NCBI RefSeq assembly: GCF_009914755.1
Contig: NC_060933.1
Source: the human T2T-CHM13v2.0 reference genome, Homo sapiens
Reading direction: 5' to 3' (one strand)
DNA length: 64,000 nucleotides
The notes beneath the pieces are model-generated. The model was not told the DNA's origin and did not search any database. It worked only from the letters and a program-made list of their open reading frames with translations. This document shows, piece by piece, positions 27,716 to 41,324 of the stretch. The first letter of the stretch is position 1. Every line of letters starts with the position of its first letter. The position numbers were made by a program, and so were the translations under genes.

Positions 27716-29924
27716 ATGGTTTTTATTTTTATCTTTTAATTCAATTTTTCCACTCAGTTTTTGAAGTCTCCTCATAAAGGTAACATGACAAATTAAACAT
27801 TGATATCACAGTGATGAATGATAACAGCATTCCTCAGCAATTATATTTTATAGAGTGTGCAGAGGAAGGAAAGAGTGAATTATTTCATACCAATTGATAT
27901 GTTACTAAGATTGACTTGAATGGGGTTCTACTGGATTGTCCACATGCAGGCAAGCTCAGGGAGGTTAGGTCATGTATTTGTAAGTATTTTAAACCTAGGG
28001 ATTTGCTGCTCAAAGAAGGTTTTTTTTTTGTTTGTTTTTTGTTTTTTTTTTTTTTGAGTGAAAAGTGAATTTGACTAGGAGTCTGAAGACCTGGGTTTGG
28101 AAGCCAGTTATGCTAGGAGGGAGTTGCTTGAGGTTGTATTTTCCCTTTTTGGGCCTCATTTCTCCATCTGTGTAATCAGATAGTGACACTAGCTAGCAAG
28201 TCTCTGGATTTTCTTTTGGTTCTAACACTCTAACTAGTATCTTGTGATTCTAATTATTTCTTCTATCCTCTTTCCCATACATAGATCCCTGATAGCAGTA
28301 TGTGGAGAGGGGGACTTGCAAGCTGGCCCATGCTTGGGAATTAAGCACTGGTCTATTTATGACTAGTCCACCAGCTGTGGCCTCTGTCACCAGGCTACTT
28401 CCTGTCTTGGACTTGTCACCTATAAACCTCACTGAGCGTGCTCATCATTCCTTTTTCTCTTGAAAAAGCCACTCACTTCTAAGAGACTTCAAATTTTTTT
28501 TCCTGAATCATAACCTCTCCACCCTCTAGTAAGGGAGAGGCTAGTACAAAAGTTTCCCCTTTCTGTGCTAAGTACCTAATTCTAGACCTCAGTCTCAAAC
28601 TACGTAGGGGAAATTGTCTACTTGGAAACCTGTTAATATAGCCTTATGAGACAAGCCATATTTTTATTTAGTGATTTTGAGATCTGAAACATAAAAGATA
28701 ACTTTAAAAATACTTTTGACACTTTAAATTTCATTTTTGGTTCCAAAAAAGCAGCTAGTACATATGAACTTACACTTTTAGAAATACGCTACATATGATC
28801 AGCTATGCTTTCTGCTGATCTTTACCCTTCTATAGTTCCTTGGGCTTTCTTTATAATGGGATTCTTTGGTCCTAGAGGAAGCATTTTACCCAGGAAATGA
28901 AAGTCTGCTGTTTTCTCTGACAACCTTTATTTTGTATTTCTTTGGGATAGATTCCTGAGTCATGTAACCAGTGAAAAAACGCCAAAGTCTTTTATTAAAA
29001 TCTCGCTGGAGTCTGTGAGACAGCAAAGAATTACAGCAGCGTTAGAACACTATTTGACCTAAAAGGGTTTGACTGTTCTAGAATCCAAATTCTCTCTATA
29101 CAGATAAGGAAACAGACCTAGAAAGGCAAAGTAACTTGTCTGGGGTCACAGAAGTTGCAAGGAACACAAAAGGAGAAATAAAACATTGGTCTCCTAATTT
29201 TTAGCACACACATGTTTAGGAGGGTGGGAAGGTAGAGCGAATGGAACAAATCCTTTTGGTGACCTCATGCTCTAAGGAAGCTCATTTTTCAATGTTGCAT
29301 TTTAATGTTTTGTTATCGCTTTGTATTTTAACATTTTGCATTTTAACATTTTGTTATTGTTTTATATTTTAACAAAAATCTCCAGCGTTATAAAATCATC
29401 TCCAACATTATAAAATATATCTAATATTTATTGCAAGAATATCTTCTCAGACCAGGATAGTAAACTCAAATGCCTCAGGGGTCAGGCAGGGAGTGGGGAA
29501 CAAAGCCAACAGGAATGGGCACTTCTGGCAGAGCCTTCCAGTCTCCCTGCCCTCCCCCTTTCTCCTTCTCTGACACAGACAAAGCACTGGACCAATAGAA
29601 CAGTGCTGCCCCTGGGTGACCAATGGACTCCTCCTAATGGTGACTGCAGGTTCTTTTACTGTAATATATACAAGGAAGGATTCCTTCTTCACCAGCTCAT
29701 CCCCAGCACAGTACCTTCAATTTCATAGGTAGCCAATAAATATTTTTTCAGTGGGTTAGTGTTTAAATATGTATTGAGACTGGAAGTTTAAATTCAATGT
29801 AATCGTCTGCTTTTGTGAAGATAAACTAGTTCAGATCTTGAGGAAAATTTTTCTAAAATTTACTATGTAGAGTGTGCCAATTCTTAAACTGTGAGTACCT
29901 TGGGAAGGCCATCAGTCATTCACA

Positions 29925-30223
29925 TTTTTTTTTTTCTTTTTGAGATGGGGTCTTGTTCTGTCACCCAGGCTGGAGTGCAGTGGTGCTATGTTGGCTCACG
30001 GCAACCTCCTCCTCCCAGGCTCAAGTGATCCTCCCATCTCAGCCTCCTGAATGGCTGGGACCACAGGCACAAGCCACCATGCCCAGCTAATTTTTGTATT
30101 TTTGGTAGAGACAGGGTTTCACCATGTTGCCCAGGCCAGTCTTGAACTCCTGAGCCCAAGTTATCTGCCCACCTCGGCCTCCCAAAGTGCTGGGATTACA
30201 GGCATGAGCCACTGTGCCCAGCC
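29925..30223 (-). mobile_element. AluJ
   Basis: J diagnostics CAGGCTCAAGTGATCCTCCC and GTTGCCCAGG; flanking CAGTCATT repeat. Confidence 0.93.
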
Positions 30224-31080
30224 AGTCATTAACAACTTAATGTGAATCAATCGCATTTGCTTTGCTTTCTTCCTCAATTGCATTTGGATGGAGGATGAGG
30301 TAGAGGAAAAGAAGAATCTTATGCCTGGCATGGGGACTGGGGAGGCTGGCCTCACTGCAAAAATGGACGACAGGAAGAAAGGGCTTTGGAAGGCAGAATG
30401 AAAAGCAGAAAGAAAGACGAGGGTAGTAAACAGTGCCTATTTCACAATTTGGTTTAAGGCTGGCATTGCAGGATTCCAATATGAAGGAAATGGGTTCACT
30501 TTCAGATGCAGATGACTCATAAGCAAGCTCATTATAAATCCTTTGGAAAAAAAAGTGGGCCCAGTATTCTTTCTTTATCTGAATCTTTTTCTGCTTGCAA
30601 GCTCAATCAATCTCTTTCTCTTTCTCTCTGTCCAAACCACTATACCAGATAAACATATTTCCCCATTTATCATTGAGGCCAGGTATCTTCAGTTACATCA
30701 CCATCATTTCAACCACAACACAGCCTGGAGTTCATCACACCCCATCGGGGCTTCAGGCAACCTGCCTGACACATGTGTTTGGTTAGAGGGAATCAGGAGC
30801 AGAAGTGCTCTGAATTGCACTTTTCAAAACCTGTTATGCACTCGTGCCAACAGATGGGGAAATTTTCCTTCCAAAGCTGCCAGGAAGAGCCTCCAGCTGT
30901 TTTCACTGAGCTAAAGTGCACCTGCACCAGAGGCTGCTTGTTATAGCAGCTGCCAGGATGTGTTGGGGAAGCAAGCCACACTTAGCCTCATGCAGTGGTG
31001 TCATGGTCAATTGGAAGCCAAGAAGATTCAGAGAAAAGGATGCTGGACTTCACACCAGATGACCTGGGTTTAGTTTCTAG

Positions 31081-31500
<420 letters not shown>

Positions 31501-31510
31501 CTATAAATAG

Positions 31511-31958
<448 letters not shown>

Positions 31959-32344
31959 TAGTAATAGGGAAAAGAAGATGTGGGATTAATTTCTTCCATG
32001 CCAGCAAAGCATGCTTTTTTCAAATCCCTGTTTCTTCATGGCTTCCAAGGTATCTGCAAGTCTTTCTTCTACATACACCTCTCTGACTCATATGGCCAAG
32101 TGGAAATTGCATACTTTACAAAAGAGTTACCCAAACCTGGGTTGGAAACTCAGCTCAACAACTGACACACGTGTGTGCCAAGCAAGTTAGTTAACTTCTA
32201 TATCTCCTGACAATGGAGGTGATAAAACCTAAAACCTACCTCTTGGGAAAGGTAAAGAGTTAATATATGTAATGTGCTAACACCAAGTAGAACCATATGT
32301 AGCTGGTGTGTGTGTGTTTGTGTAGCTACATGAATGAAATGCAT

Positions 32345-32816
32345 TGATGGGGTTCAGGACATGTTACTCAAAAATATGGCAGCTTGGCATTTGGAAAAAC
32401 AGCAGAAGCAGGAAGATCACTCTCACTTTCCCTTATTCTACTCCCCTAAAGCAGGTCATAAAACCTTCATTCCAGAGGTGCTCCCCTATACCCACAGGAA
32501 AGGAATGTCCTTGCCTCTAGAGACACAGAGGCACAGAGAAGAATCTGAACAAACAGGCCTTGCTAAGATCCTCCCAGTTTATTACCATTAGATCATACAC
32601 TCTTTGTCCAAACATACTTTGCCACAGCTATCCACTTCTTCATTAAACTTAGCATAAAAATACATAGGTTTCCCTGTTTCTTTGGGTCTTAAGGCTCCTA
32701 TATCATGTAAAACTTAAATACACTTGTATGGTTTTCTCTTGTTTCTACCTTTTGTTATAGGGGCCTCAGCCATAAACCCAGCAATTAGTGAGGAAAGACA
32801 TCTTTCCTCCCCAACA
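32345..32816 (+). mobile_element. ERV1 solo LTR, MER31-like
   Basis: TGATGGGGTTCAGGACA..AAAATATGGCA..GAAGAATCTGAACAAACAGGCCTTGCTAAG..CCCCAACA. Confidence 0.75.
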
Positions 32817-33032
32817 GTAACCTTGTGTCTATATGGCTTTACATAATGCTGTCACTTCAGTTCTTCTCATTTTGATGAGGATATTTGATATAAGCATCTT
32901 TTTCTAATTGCAGGGACAACTTGGACTTTTATACTGATCCTCATGGTACAAATGGAGTTGTCCAGTTAAAAAAATAATTCCTAAAAGTGGCCTTTTGTTC
33001 AGACGTTGTAGTGTTACTGGTTTTGTTTTGAT

Positions 33033-33070
33033 TGTGTGTGTGTGTATGTATGTATGTGTGTGTGTGTGTA
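33033..33070. repeat. Imperfect (TG)n/(TATG)n microsatellite
   Basis: Direct read. Confidence 0.9.
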
Positions 33071-34032
33071 TCTCCTAATCTTTTAGTTCTTTCCATTGCC
33101 ACAGTTTGTCTCCTGCAAGCCTCTACGAGAAGTGGTCCTGGTGGCTGTCCAGTTGGGCAGTTGATGGAGCTGCTCCAACTCCCTGATTTCAGAGTTTCCA
33201 CTGGCCTCTCCACCATGCTCCTTCAAATATGTCCTTAGCTAGTTTAGTACTACATGGACTGCTTGCTCTAGCAAATACGTCTGAATGATTTCTTTTGCAA
33301 GAAAATTATATAAGATACTTTTTTTCCCCACAGGAAAACAGCCCCCTGGTGTCTGATGGTTAAAAATGTTATCCTAGATCTATCAATGAGTAAATTCTCT
33401 GTAAGTGAATGAAGCCTTAGGGGGAGAAGGGATATTCACTCTTCAAGGGCACCACTGAATTACTTTCTCATAAATTTGAGAGTCCTAAAAGCATTTTTTT
33501 CTTCGCATCCTGAGAGCATTTGAACTTGTTTCAAAAATGCATGCCATAAAAATTAAACGACAAAGGTATCAGATGTGGGTAAGAATTCAGAACAAGAGGA
33601 AAAAGCAGCCTTATATCGTTGCTATTGTCATGTGGCCAGTTTGTTCCCAAGCTTCTCAGTGGTCAAAATAGAGAGAGAAACTCTCTGTTTTAAGAGTTAT
33701 AGTGTCATAAATGCAAACGAACTTTTTCTCAAGCCAAGAGGGAATTCTATGTGAACTTTCTCCTAAGGAAAGCCATTACAATAACTCTTAAAGTCCTAGT
33801 TTGACCCAAATTTCTGGACAACTCAAAACCCTAGAGACATTTTGTCACTTAGCTTGGGCCTAGGGAAAAAGTGTAGCAGCGTTTATGTACACACAGACCG
33901 AATGAGACTATAATCTCTAATCCCCTATGCTTGGGCGTCTGAGTGATGTGAGCCTGCCCTGGCTTTTCCATGTGGCAGCATTATGTAATGTGGTATAATT
34001 GCAAACAGTACAAATGTGATTTTAGGTCATTT

Positions 34033-34325
<293 letters not shown>

Positions 34326-34360
34326 AGATTTTAGATCATTTAACTGAAGGGAAAGTTGTA

Positions 34361-34440
34361 ATAGGTTGGTGCAAAAGTAATTGTGGGTTTTGCCATTGCT
34401 TTTAATTGCAAAAACCGCAATTACTTTGGCATCCACATAA
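34361..34440. mobile_element. MADE1 (Hsmar1-derived 80-bp palindromic MITE)
   Basis: ATAGGTTGGTGCAAAAGTAATTGTGGGTTTTGCCATT..AATTGCAAAAACCGCAATTACTTTGGCATCCACATAA, exactly 80 bp, TA on each side. Confidence 0.95.
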
Positions 34441-34719
34441 TATTTATCCTTCAAGGGTGTGCCAAAGTATCTCTGTCCTGTGAAGTTCTGGGGCATTTCA
34501 GAAATCCCTGGCGTAACCCCTAACAGAGTAGCAGAGATCTCCTATGGCCTCCGCATTGATATGTCTCAATGAAAGCAGTGCAGTGATTCACTTTCATGTC
34601 TGCTCCTCAGCTAGCCTGTGAGAGTCCTGAGGGGAGGCTGCCTCTTCTCTTCCATCATTGAATGCTGGCACCCAGCTTGGTGCCTTCTACCATGAACATG
34701 AAGCAGAAGAATGAAGATG

Positions 34720-34905
34720 ATGTGCTAGTCAGTTCTAAGTGCTTTACATGGTTTTTCTTATTTAGTCCTTCTAATAGCTGTATGAGGTAGTTACTCTTAT
34801 TATCCCTATTTTACAGATGAAGAAGCCATGGCCCAAAGAGTAATTTCCCTCTTTACCGGAAGTAAATGTTAGAAGAGAGAATTTAAGGCCATTCTCTCAA
34901 CCAAT
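34720..34905 (-). mobile_element. MIR
   Basis: TATGAGGTAG..TTATTATCCCTATTTTACAGATGAAGAA core. Confidence 0.75.
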
Positions 34906-36171
34906 ACACTAGAATGAAGACCGAGTCTGAATTTTTAAGGAGGCAAGCCAGTCTCGGGCTTGGGAGGCTCTAAACGTGCCAGTGGGTTGTGTCACAGGAA
35001 AAGAGTAAAATCTTGTGTGTATTGAGATGCTTCTGTTTGAATTCTCTCTTATTCTCACAGTCCCAGGAATGAGGTCCCTCTCTTATGGCCAACAAGCATT
35101 ATCTTCAGAAGCCGTGGGGTATTTGTAGGGGCAAGCATGGCTGAGCAAACTGAGCAGCTTTATAGATCTTTATTTCTTAAAGATTCTTTATTTCTTAAAG
35201 CGATATCATTTTAAAATTTAGTAATAAAGCTAAATAGGTGTGTGGATGGCACTGCATTAACTTATTGGAAGCTACCAGATAGAAAAATAGAGGCAATAAT
35301 CTTTGCATCTAATTTCTCCTAAATGTTTACTCTCTCTGAAAGCAAAGTACCATTTACAATTTTGTGTTAATTCACTCTAAACTCAGCAGATTCTTAAGTG
35401 GTCTGACATCTTTAAATAGTTATCTGGGGGAAAGAATGAACCAGTTGAACTAATCTAATGTTGTCATTTGCTCTAACATTTTGACAAATAGCCCCTGTGC
35501 TGAAAGAGAACTATGTTCTTTTGATACGCTTCACGTATTTTTTTCCAAGGGCATCCCAAATGGGTTGACTGCAAATATTTCTACTAATGAGATGGTCTTG
35601 AAATATTACTGCTGTGTTATAGGCATAAATAGTGAGTTTCATTAGGTTTCTTGAGTCCCACTTGGATGGCATAGTAAATCTCAGAATAACTGTGCATGGT
35701 AAATAGATGAAGAGCTTTTTGGATATAATTAATTTGTTCTAACATACCTACTAGCTATCTTAACATTGCAGTTCTAACTCAGTCTCAAGCTACTTTAAGT
35801 ACATAAAACAATTTAGAACTGTTACAGGGATTCTTCATGAGCCCAAAGGGTTACTACCTTAAAAAAAAAAAACTCTCCAGTTTGAGAGAGACATGAAGGT
35901 ATCAATTAAATTCTTCCTTTACTTCACTAATATTCACTGTAATTTAGTTATCATCTCAGCTCTAACACCTGTCACCTAAAGTGCTATCACGCAGCATATT
36001 CACAATAAATCTAACTGAATCAAATCCTTCATGTTCTGTCCTAAATGATAGATTGTACTTTGTCAGTTCTTGGATGGTTGTTCATTTAGGTGTAAATCCT
36101 GATGAACTCAAAGTTTTATGTGTAAATGTGTATTGGCACTGAGGTAGAAAGAGGGGTTTTTTGAAGTGTTA

Positions 36172-37455
36172 AGAATTCTCTTCTTCCTCAGGTACACTGA
36201 TTATTCTTAGGTTTGGTTATTTAACGTAATCCCAGACTTCTTGGAGGCTTTGTTCATATTTTCTTATTCTTTTTTCCTTGTTTTTGTTGGATTGGGTTAA
36301 TTTGAAGACTTTGTCTTTGAGCTCTGAATTTCTTTCATCTGCTTGTTCAATTCTATTGCTGAGACTTCCCAAAGCATTTCGCATTTCTAAAAGTGTGCCC
36401 AAAGTTTCCTGAATTTTTTATTGTTTTTTCTTTAAGCTATCTATTTCCATGAATATTTCTCCCTTCACTTCTTGTATCATTTTTTGGATTTCCTTGCATT
36501 GGGCTTCATCTTTCTCTGGTCCCTCCCTGATTAGCTTACTAACTTCCTGAATTCTTTTTCAGGTAAATCAGGGATTATTCTTGGCTTGGATCCATTGCTG
36601 GTGAACTAGTGTGATTTTGGGGGGGTATTGAAGAGCCTTGTTTTGTCACATTACCTGGGTTGGTTTTCTGGTTCCTTCTCATTTGGGTAGGCTCTGTCAG
36701 AGGGAAGGTCTAAGGCTGAAGGCTATTGTTCAGGTTCTTTTGTCTACAGGATGTTCCCTTGATGTAGTACTCTTCCCCTTTTCCTATGGATGTGACTTCC
36801 TGTGAGCTGAACTGCAGTGATTGCTGTCTCTCTTCTGGGTCTAGCCACCCAGTGAGTCTACCTGGCTCCAGGCTGGTACTGGGGGTTGTCGGCACAGAGT
36901 CCTATGATGTGAACCGTCTGTGGGTCTCTCAGCCATGAATACCAGCCTCTGTTCTGGTGGAGGTGGCAGAGGGTGCAATGGACTCCATGAGGGTCCTTAC
37001 CTTTGCTGGTTTAATGCTCTATTTTTGTGCTGGTTGGCCTCCTGCCAGGAGGTGGTGCTTTCCAAAATCATCAGCTGTAGTAGTGTGGATAGGGACCCGC
37101 GGTGGGCATATCTGAGCTCAGACTCTCCCTGGGCGGTTCTTGCTGAGCCTGCTGTGGCAGATGGGGGTGAGATTTCCAGGTCCCTGGACTTGTGTACCTA
37201 GGAGGATTATGGCTGCCTCTGCTGAGTCATGCAGGTTATCAGGGAAATGGGGAAAAGCTGGCAGTCACAGGCCTCATCCAGCTCCCACACAAACCTCACT
37301 TTCACCATGCTCCCTGCAACAGCCCAGAGTCCAGGTAGAGGGCAATGGGCTTGAAAATTTGCCCGAGGCTATCCACCTCCCAGCTGCAAAAGAAAAGGAC
37401 TTGGTTCTTCCCCGGCCTGTGAAGTCTGCACACTTGATTCGCACCCTCCTCCGAG
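36172..37455 (-). mobile_element. L1PB-type LINE-1 5' UTR plus start of ORF1
   Basis: ORF 36217-36402 LSNRIEQADERNSELKDK..EQSLQEVWDYVK is L1 ORF1p coiled coil; GC-richer 5' UTR sequence upstream. Confidence 0.85.
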
Positions 37456-37684
37456 GGCTTTTCCAGTGTTAAGGACCACATCATAGTTTCTCATTATTTT
37501 TCTGGGATTATATGGTTTTTGTGCTTCTGATTTATACCAGGAAGTGCCTTGGGCACCTGGAAGAAATCACTGAATTCTACTAAATTTTTCATTTGCTTAT
37601 AAGGGCATCCTTTGCCCAAATAATTTTTTAATGCTAATTGGGCTATGCTCTTGGGAGTTGTTAAATCATCCAAGCTTATAGCAA

Positions 37685-37905
37685 AAATAAGAAGTTGGCT
37701 AACATGTATTGAATGTTTATTATGTGTTAGGCCTTCACTAAGTGCTTTATATACATTATCTCACTTCATTCTAGGAGACTGTGATTGTCACCATCTCTCA
37801 TTGACAGAAGAAACTGAGGTTCAGTGAGGTTAAAGAACTGCTAAGTGGCGCAGCTGAGATTCGAACCCAGGCAGTCTGACGCCAAACCTTGCACTCTTGA
37901 AGCTA
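37685..37905 (-). mobile_element. MIR
   Basis: ACAGAAGAAACTGAGGTTCAG..GATTCGAACCCAGGCAGTCTGAC. Confidence 0.8.
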
Positions 37906-39644
37906 TAATAACTTTACACCCAGTCAGCACCCCTCCCAGCAGGCTGGCCCAGAGCCAGTCAAGCTGAATGGACAAAGACTTGTTAATCATGAGAATTAAT
38001 CATGTATTTCTCAGAGGAACAGACTGGGCATTCAGATGTCTCTTTGTTTTCTCTCTTTTCATTTTTGGAGTGACACCGTTGAAAGATATTTGGAACTCTT
38101 GAATGAAAAACACTTGGAACTTAAGCTTACTTTTTAGGAAAAAATAAAATCAGGGTATTTCCTTTCCATCACTACCATTCCAGTTCCTTTGGTCTGGAGT
38201 TTCCCTATGCATTCATTACTCAGAGCAGTTACTTTGAATTTGTCAGCACATTACAATGCAGTTATGCTCAAGAAATACGGCAGTTTTCCCCCACCACAAA
38301 GGCTGGATTTGTTTTGGTTTGTCATCAGTGTAAAACAAATTTCCCTTCAACAGGGTAATATAATAAAAAGCCACATAACTACAAAAGAAGATATAGTAAG
38401 TTAGACCTAGTCAGCACTATAATTCTTTCTTTCTAATTAATATTTCTGAAGTATCTGTAGCTGAAACAAGAAAGATAAATCACTAATATGACCCCAAAGT
38501 CTAAACAAAAGCTTATTGCCTTGGAGTATATTCATTTATTTTTGAAGCACATGTCAGATTTTAAAGGATGACCCTGTAAAAATATTTTAACTACTTAAAA
38601 CATTAGCTGCAAAGCTGCCATTCTATCATCTTAAGTTAAATGCTGAACTAAACTAGAATTGCTTGTTGCCTTGTCTTTCCTGTAATGAAATTCATTAATG
38701 ATGGTGTATTTATAGTTTATCTCGAAAAGGTTATCTTCTTTTGTATATTGCCCTCTTTTAATTAACTAAGGATGCTTGAAAAATAATTGAAGCCTAAAAG
38801 TCTTTCAGATAGATTTATTATTTTCCTGTTAAAGTAACAAGGTCACTTTTATTTAAAGGATCAAGTTAGCTTGCTTTACCTGCAAAGCAATCTGTAAATC
38901 ATGCATTTGAGAGGTTCTTAGGAAGATACCTTTGAATTCAGGGTTGCAATTTAGTTGCGCTAAGATGAAGAAGATTGGGAAACAAAAACGGGAGTCTAGA
39001 GGTCTGGAAGACTGGCCCTCTTGCCCATTTGCTGAGTTATTTCCTCTCCTGAACATCAGATACCAATAAGTCACCAGGACAAGAGGCAAGATACGTAGGG
39101 TGGAGTTGCAGTGCAGCTGGGAATCAATGTGTTTGGACTTTTGAAAGCCGTAACATAGAACACTCTAACAGTTGTAAATAAAGTTCTAATTTTATTATTT
39201 GGATATTTTGTGTGCATCAATTGGACATTTGGTGATTCTTGCTCAACATATTGTTTTATAGATAGTCTATGTATTTGAAAGGAACAAAATGTCTGCCCTG
39301 GCTTTCTGCATACCATAATTTGCTTGACAGTGGTGAATTTGATGAATTTCCCAATACCTTGGTGAGGAAGCTATCATTTTCGTTGTAGAACCAGGGAAGC
39401 TAAAGAGCAGAGAGCTTAAGCGATTTGCTCAAGGTCAGTTGGAGATCAGGGAATATTTGGCTCCAAACTTCCTGTGCTAATTATTATTCAGTTGCTCTCT
39501 CTCTGATTTTTGCCCTTATTAATAACTGGTTTTTCTTTTTTTAGAATTGAAGAAAATAAATCTAAAAACCTTTCTAAAAGAAAACTAATTTTTGATATTT
39601 TTGTAGTCAATAAGCCCATTCGGCTATTCTTGATTCCAGGTTTC

Positions 39645-39954
<310 letters not shown>

Positions 39955-40702
39955 GATTCCAGGTTTCCTAAATCTTTTTTTATTGCACTGAAATGGGGAG
40001 GCTTGAACATAGATGACTGTTATTCTAATGCCCAGACTTTCAATATGCTGTGCTGACCTTTGGTTGCAAGACTGTCTCTATGTTATCTGAATTCTTTGGG
40101 GTTCTACTCTCAACATTCAATTCTCATAACTCTGGTATAACCTGCCCCTTGCTGTGCAGTAGATCTTACACAAAAGATCTAATAAAAATCATTTTTTATT
40201 TTCTTTTTTCTTCTATCTCACCATCTAGAAAAACACCAAAGTACAGGGGTAATGAAATAAATTATCTGGTCAATTTCCATTTCATTTTGATTTCCAAAAT
40301 TATTAATTAATTATATTTTTTATTGTGGTAAAATGTACATAATGTAAAATTTATCACTTTAGCTATTTTTAAGTGTACAATTCAGTGACATTAAGCTCAT
40401 TCATATTGTTGTACAATCATCACCACTATGTATCTCTGCAAATTTTTTATCTTCCCAGACGAAATTTTTGTACCCATTAAACAATAATTCTCCATCCCCT
40501 TTAACCCTCGCCTATTCTACTTTTGTCTTTATAAATGTGATGGTGGGTACTTTATATATGTGGAAGCATGCAATATTTGCCCTTTTGCATCTAACTTATT
40601 TCACTTAGCATGATGTTTTCAAAGTTCATCCGTTTGTAGCATGTATCAGAATTTCACTGCTTTTTGAGGCTGAAAAATACTTCATTTTATGTATATACCA
40701 TA

Positions 40703-41212
40703 TGTATTAGTCAGGGTTCTCCAGAAAAACAGAACCAATAGGATATATATAGGAGGAGATTTATTATAAGGAATTGGTTCACACGATTATGGAGGCTGAG
40801 AAATCTCACAATCTGCTGTTTGCAAGCTGGAGCCCAGGAAAGCCAATGGTGAGCTTCAGTCCAAGTCTGAAGGCCTGGGAACCAGAGCAGCCGATGGCAT
40901 AAATTTCAGTCTGGGTCTGAAGGCCTGAGAATCAGAAACACTGAGGGCAGGAAAAGATGGATGTCTGTGCTCTAGCAATCAGGTAAGAAGGGCCAAATTC
41001 TTCCTTTCTCTACATTTCTGTTCTATTCAGGCCCTCAATAAATTGGATGATGCCCACCCACATTGGGGAGGGCAAACTGCTGTCCTAAATTCCCTGATTC
41101 AATGCTAGTTTCATCTGCAAACAACTACACAGACACACCAGGGAATAGCGTTTAGTTAAATATCTGGGCATCCTGTGATCAGTCAAGTTGACACATAAAA
41201 TTAACCATCACA
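40703..41212 (-). mobile_element. ERVL solo LTR MLT2B-like
   Basis: TGTATTAGTCAGGGTTCTCCAGA..CAGTCAAGTTGACACATAAAATTAACCATCACA. Confidence 0.9.
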
Positions 41213-41324
41213 ACACATTTTAATTATTTATTCATCTATTGATAAACATCTATTGATTCCACCTTTTGACTATTGTGAATAAGGCTGCTATGAAAATTGA
41301 TGGACAAATACCTGTTTGAGTCCT

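Noticed and set aside
29291-29420. Degenerate 41-bp and 20-bp AT-rich duplications
   Set aside because: Low-complexity slippage products with two copies each; no functional hint
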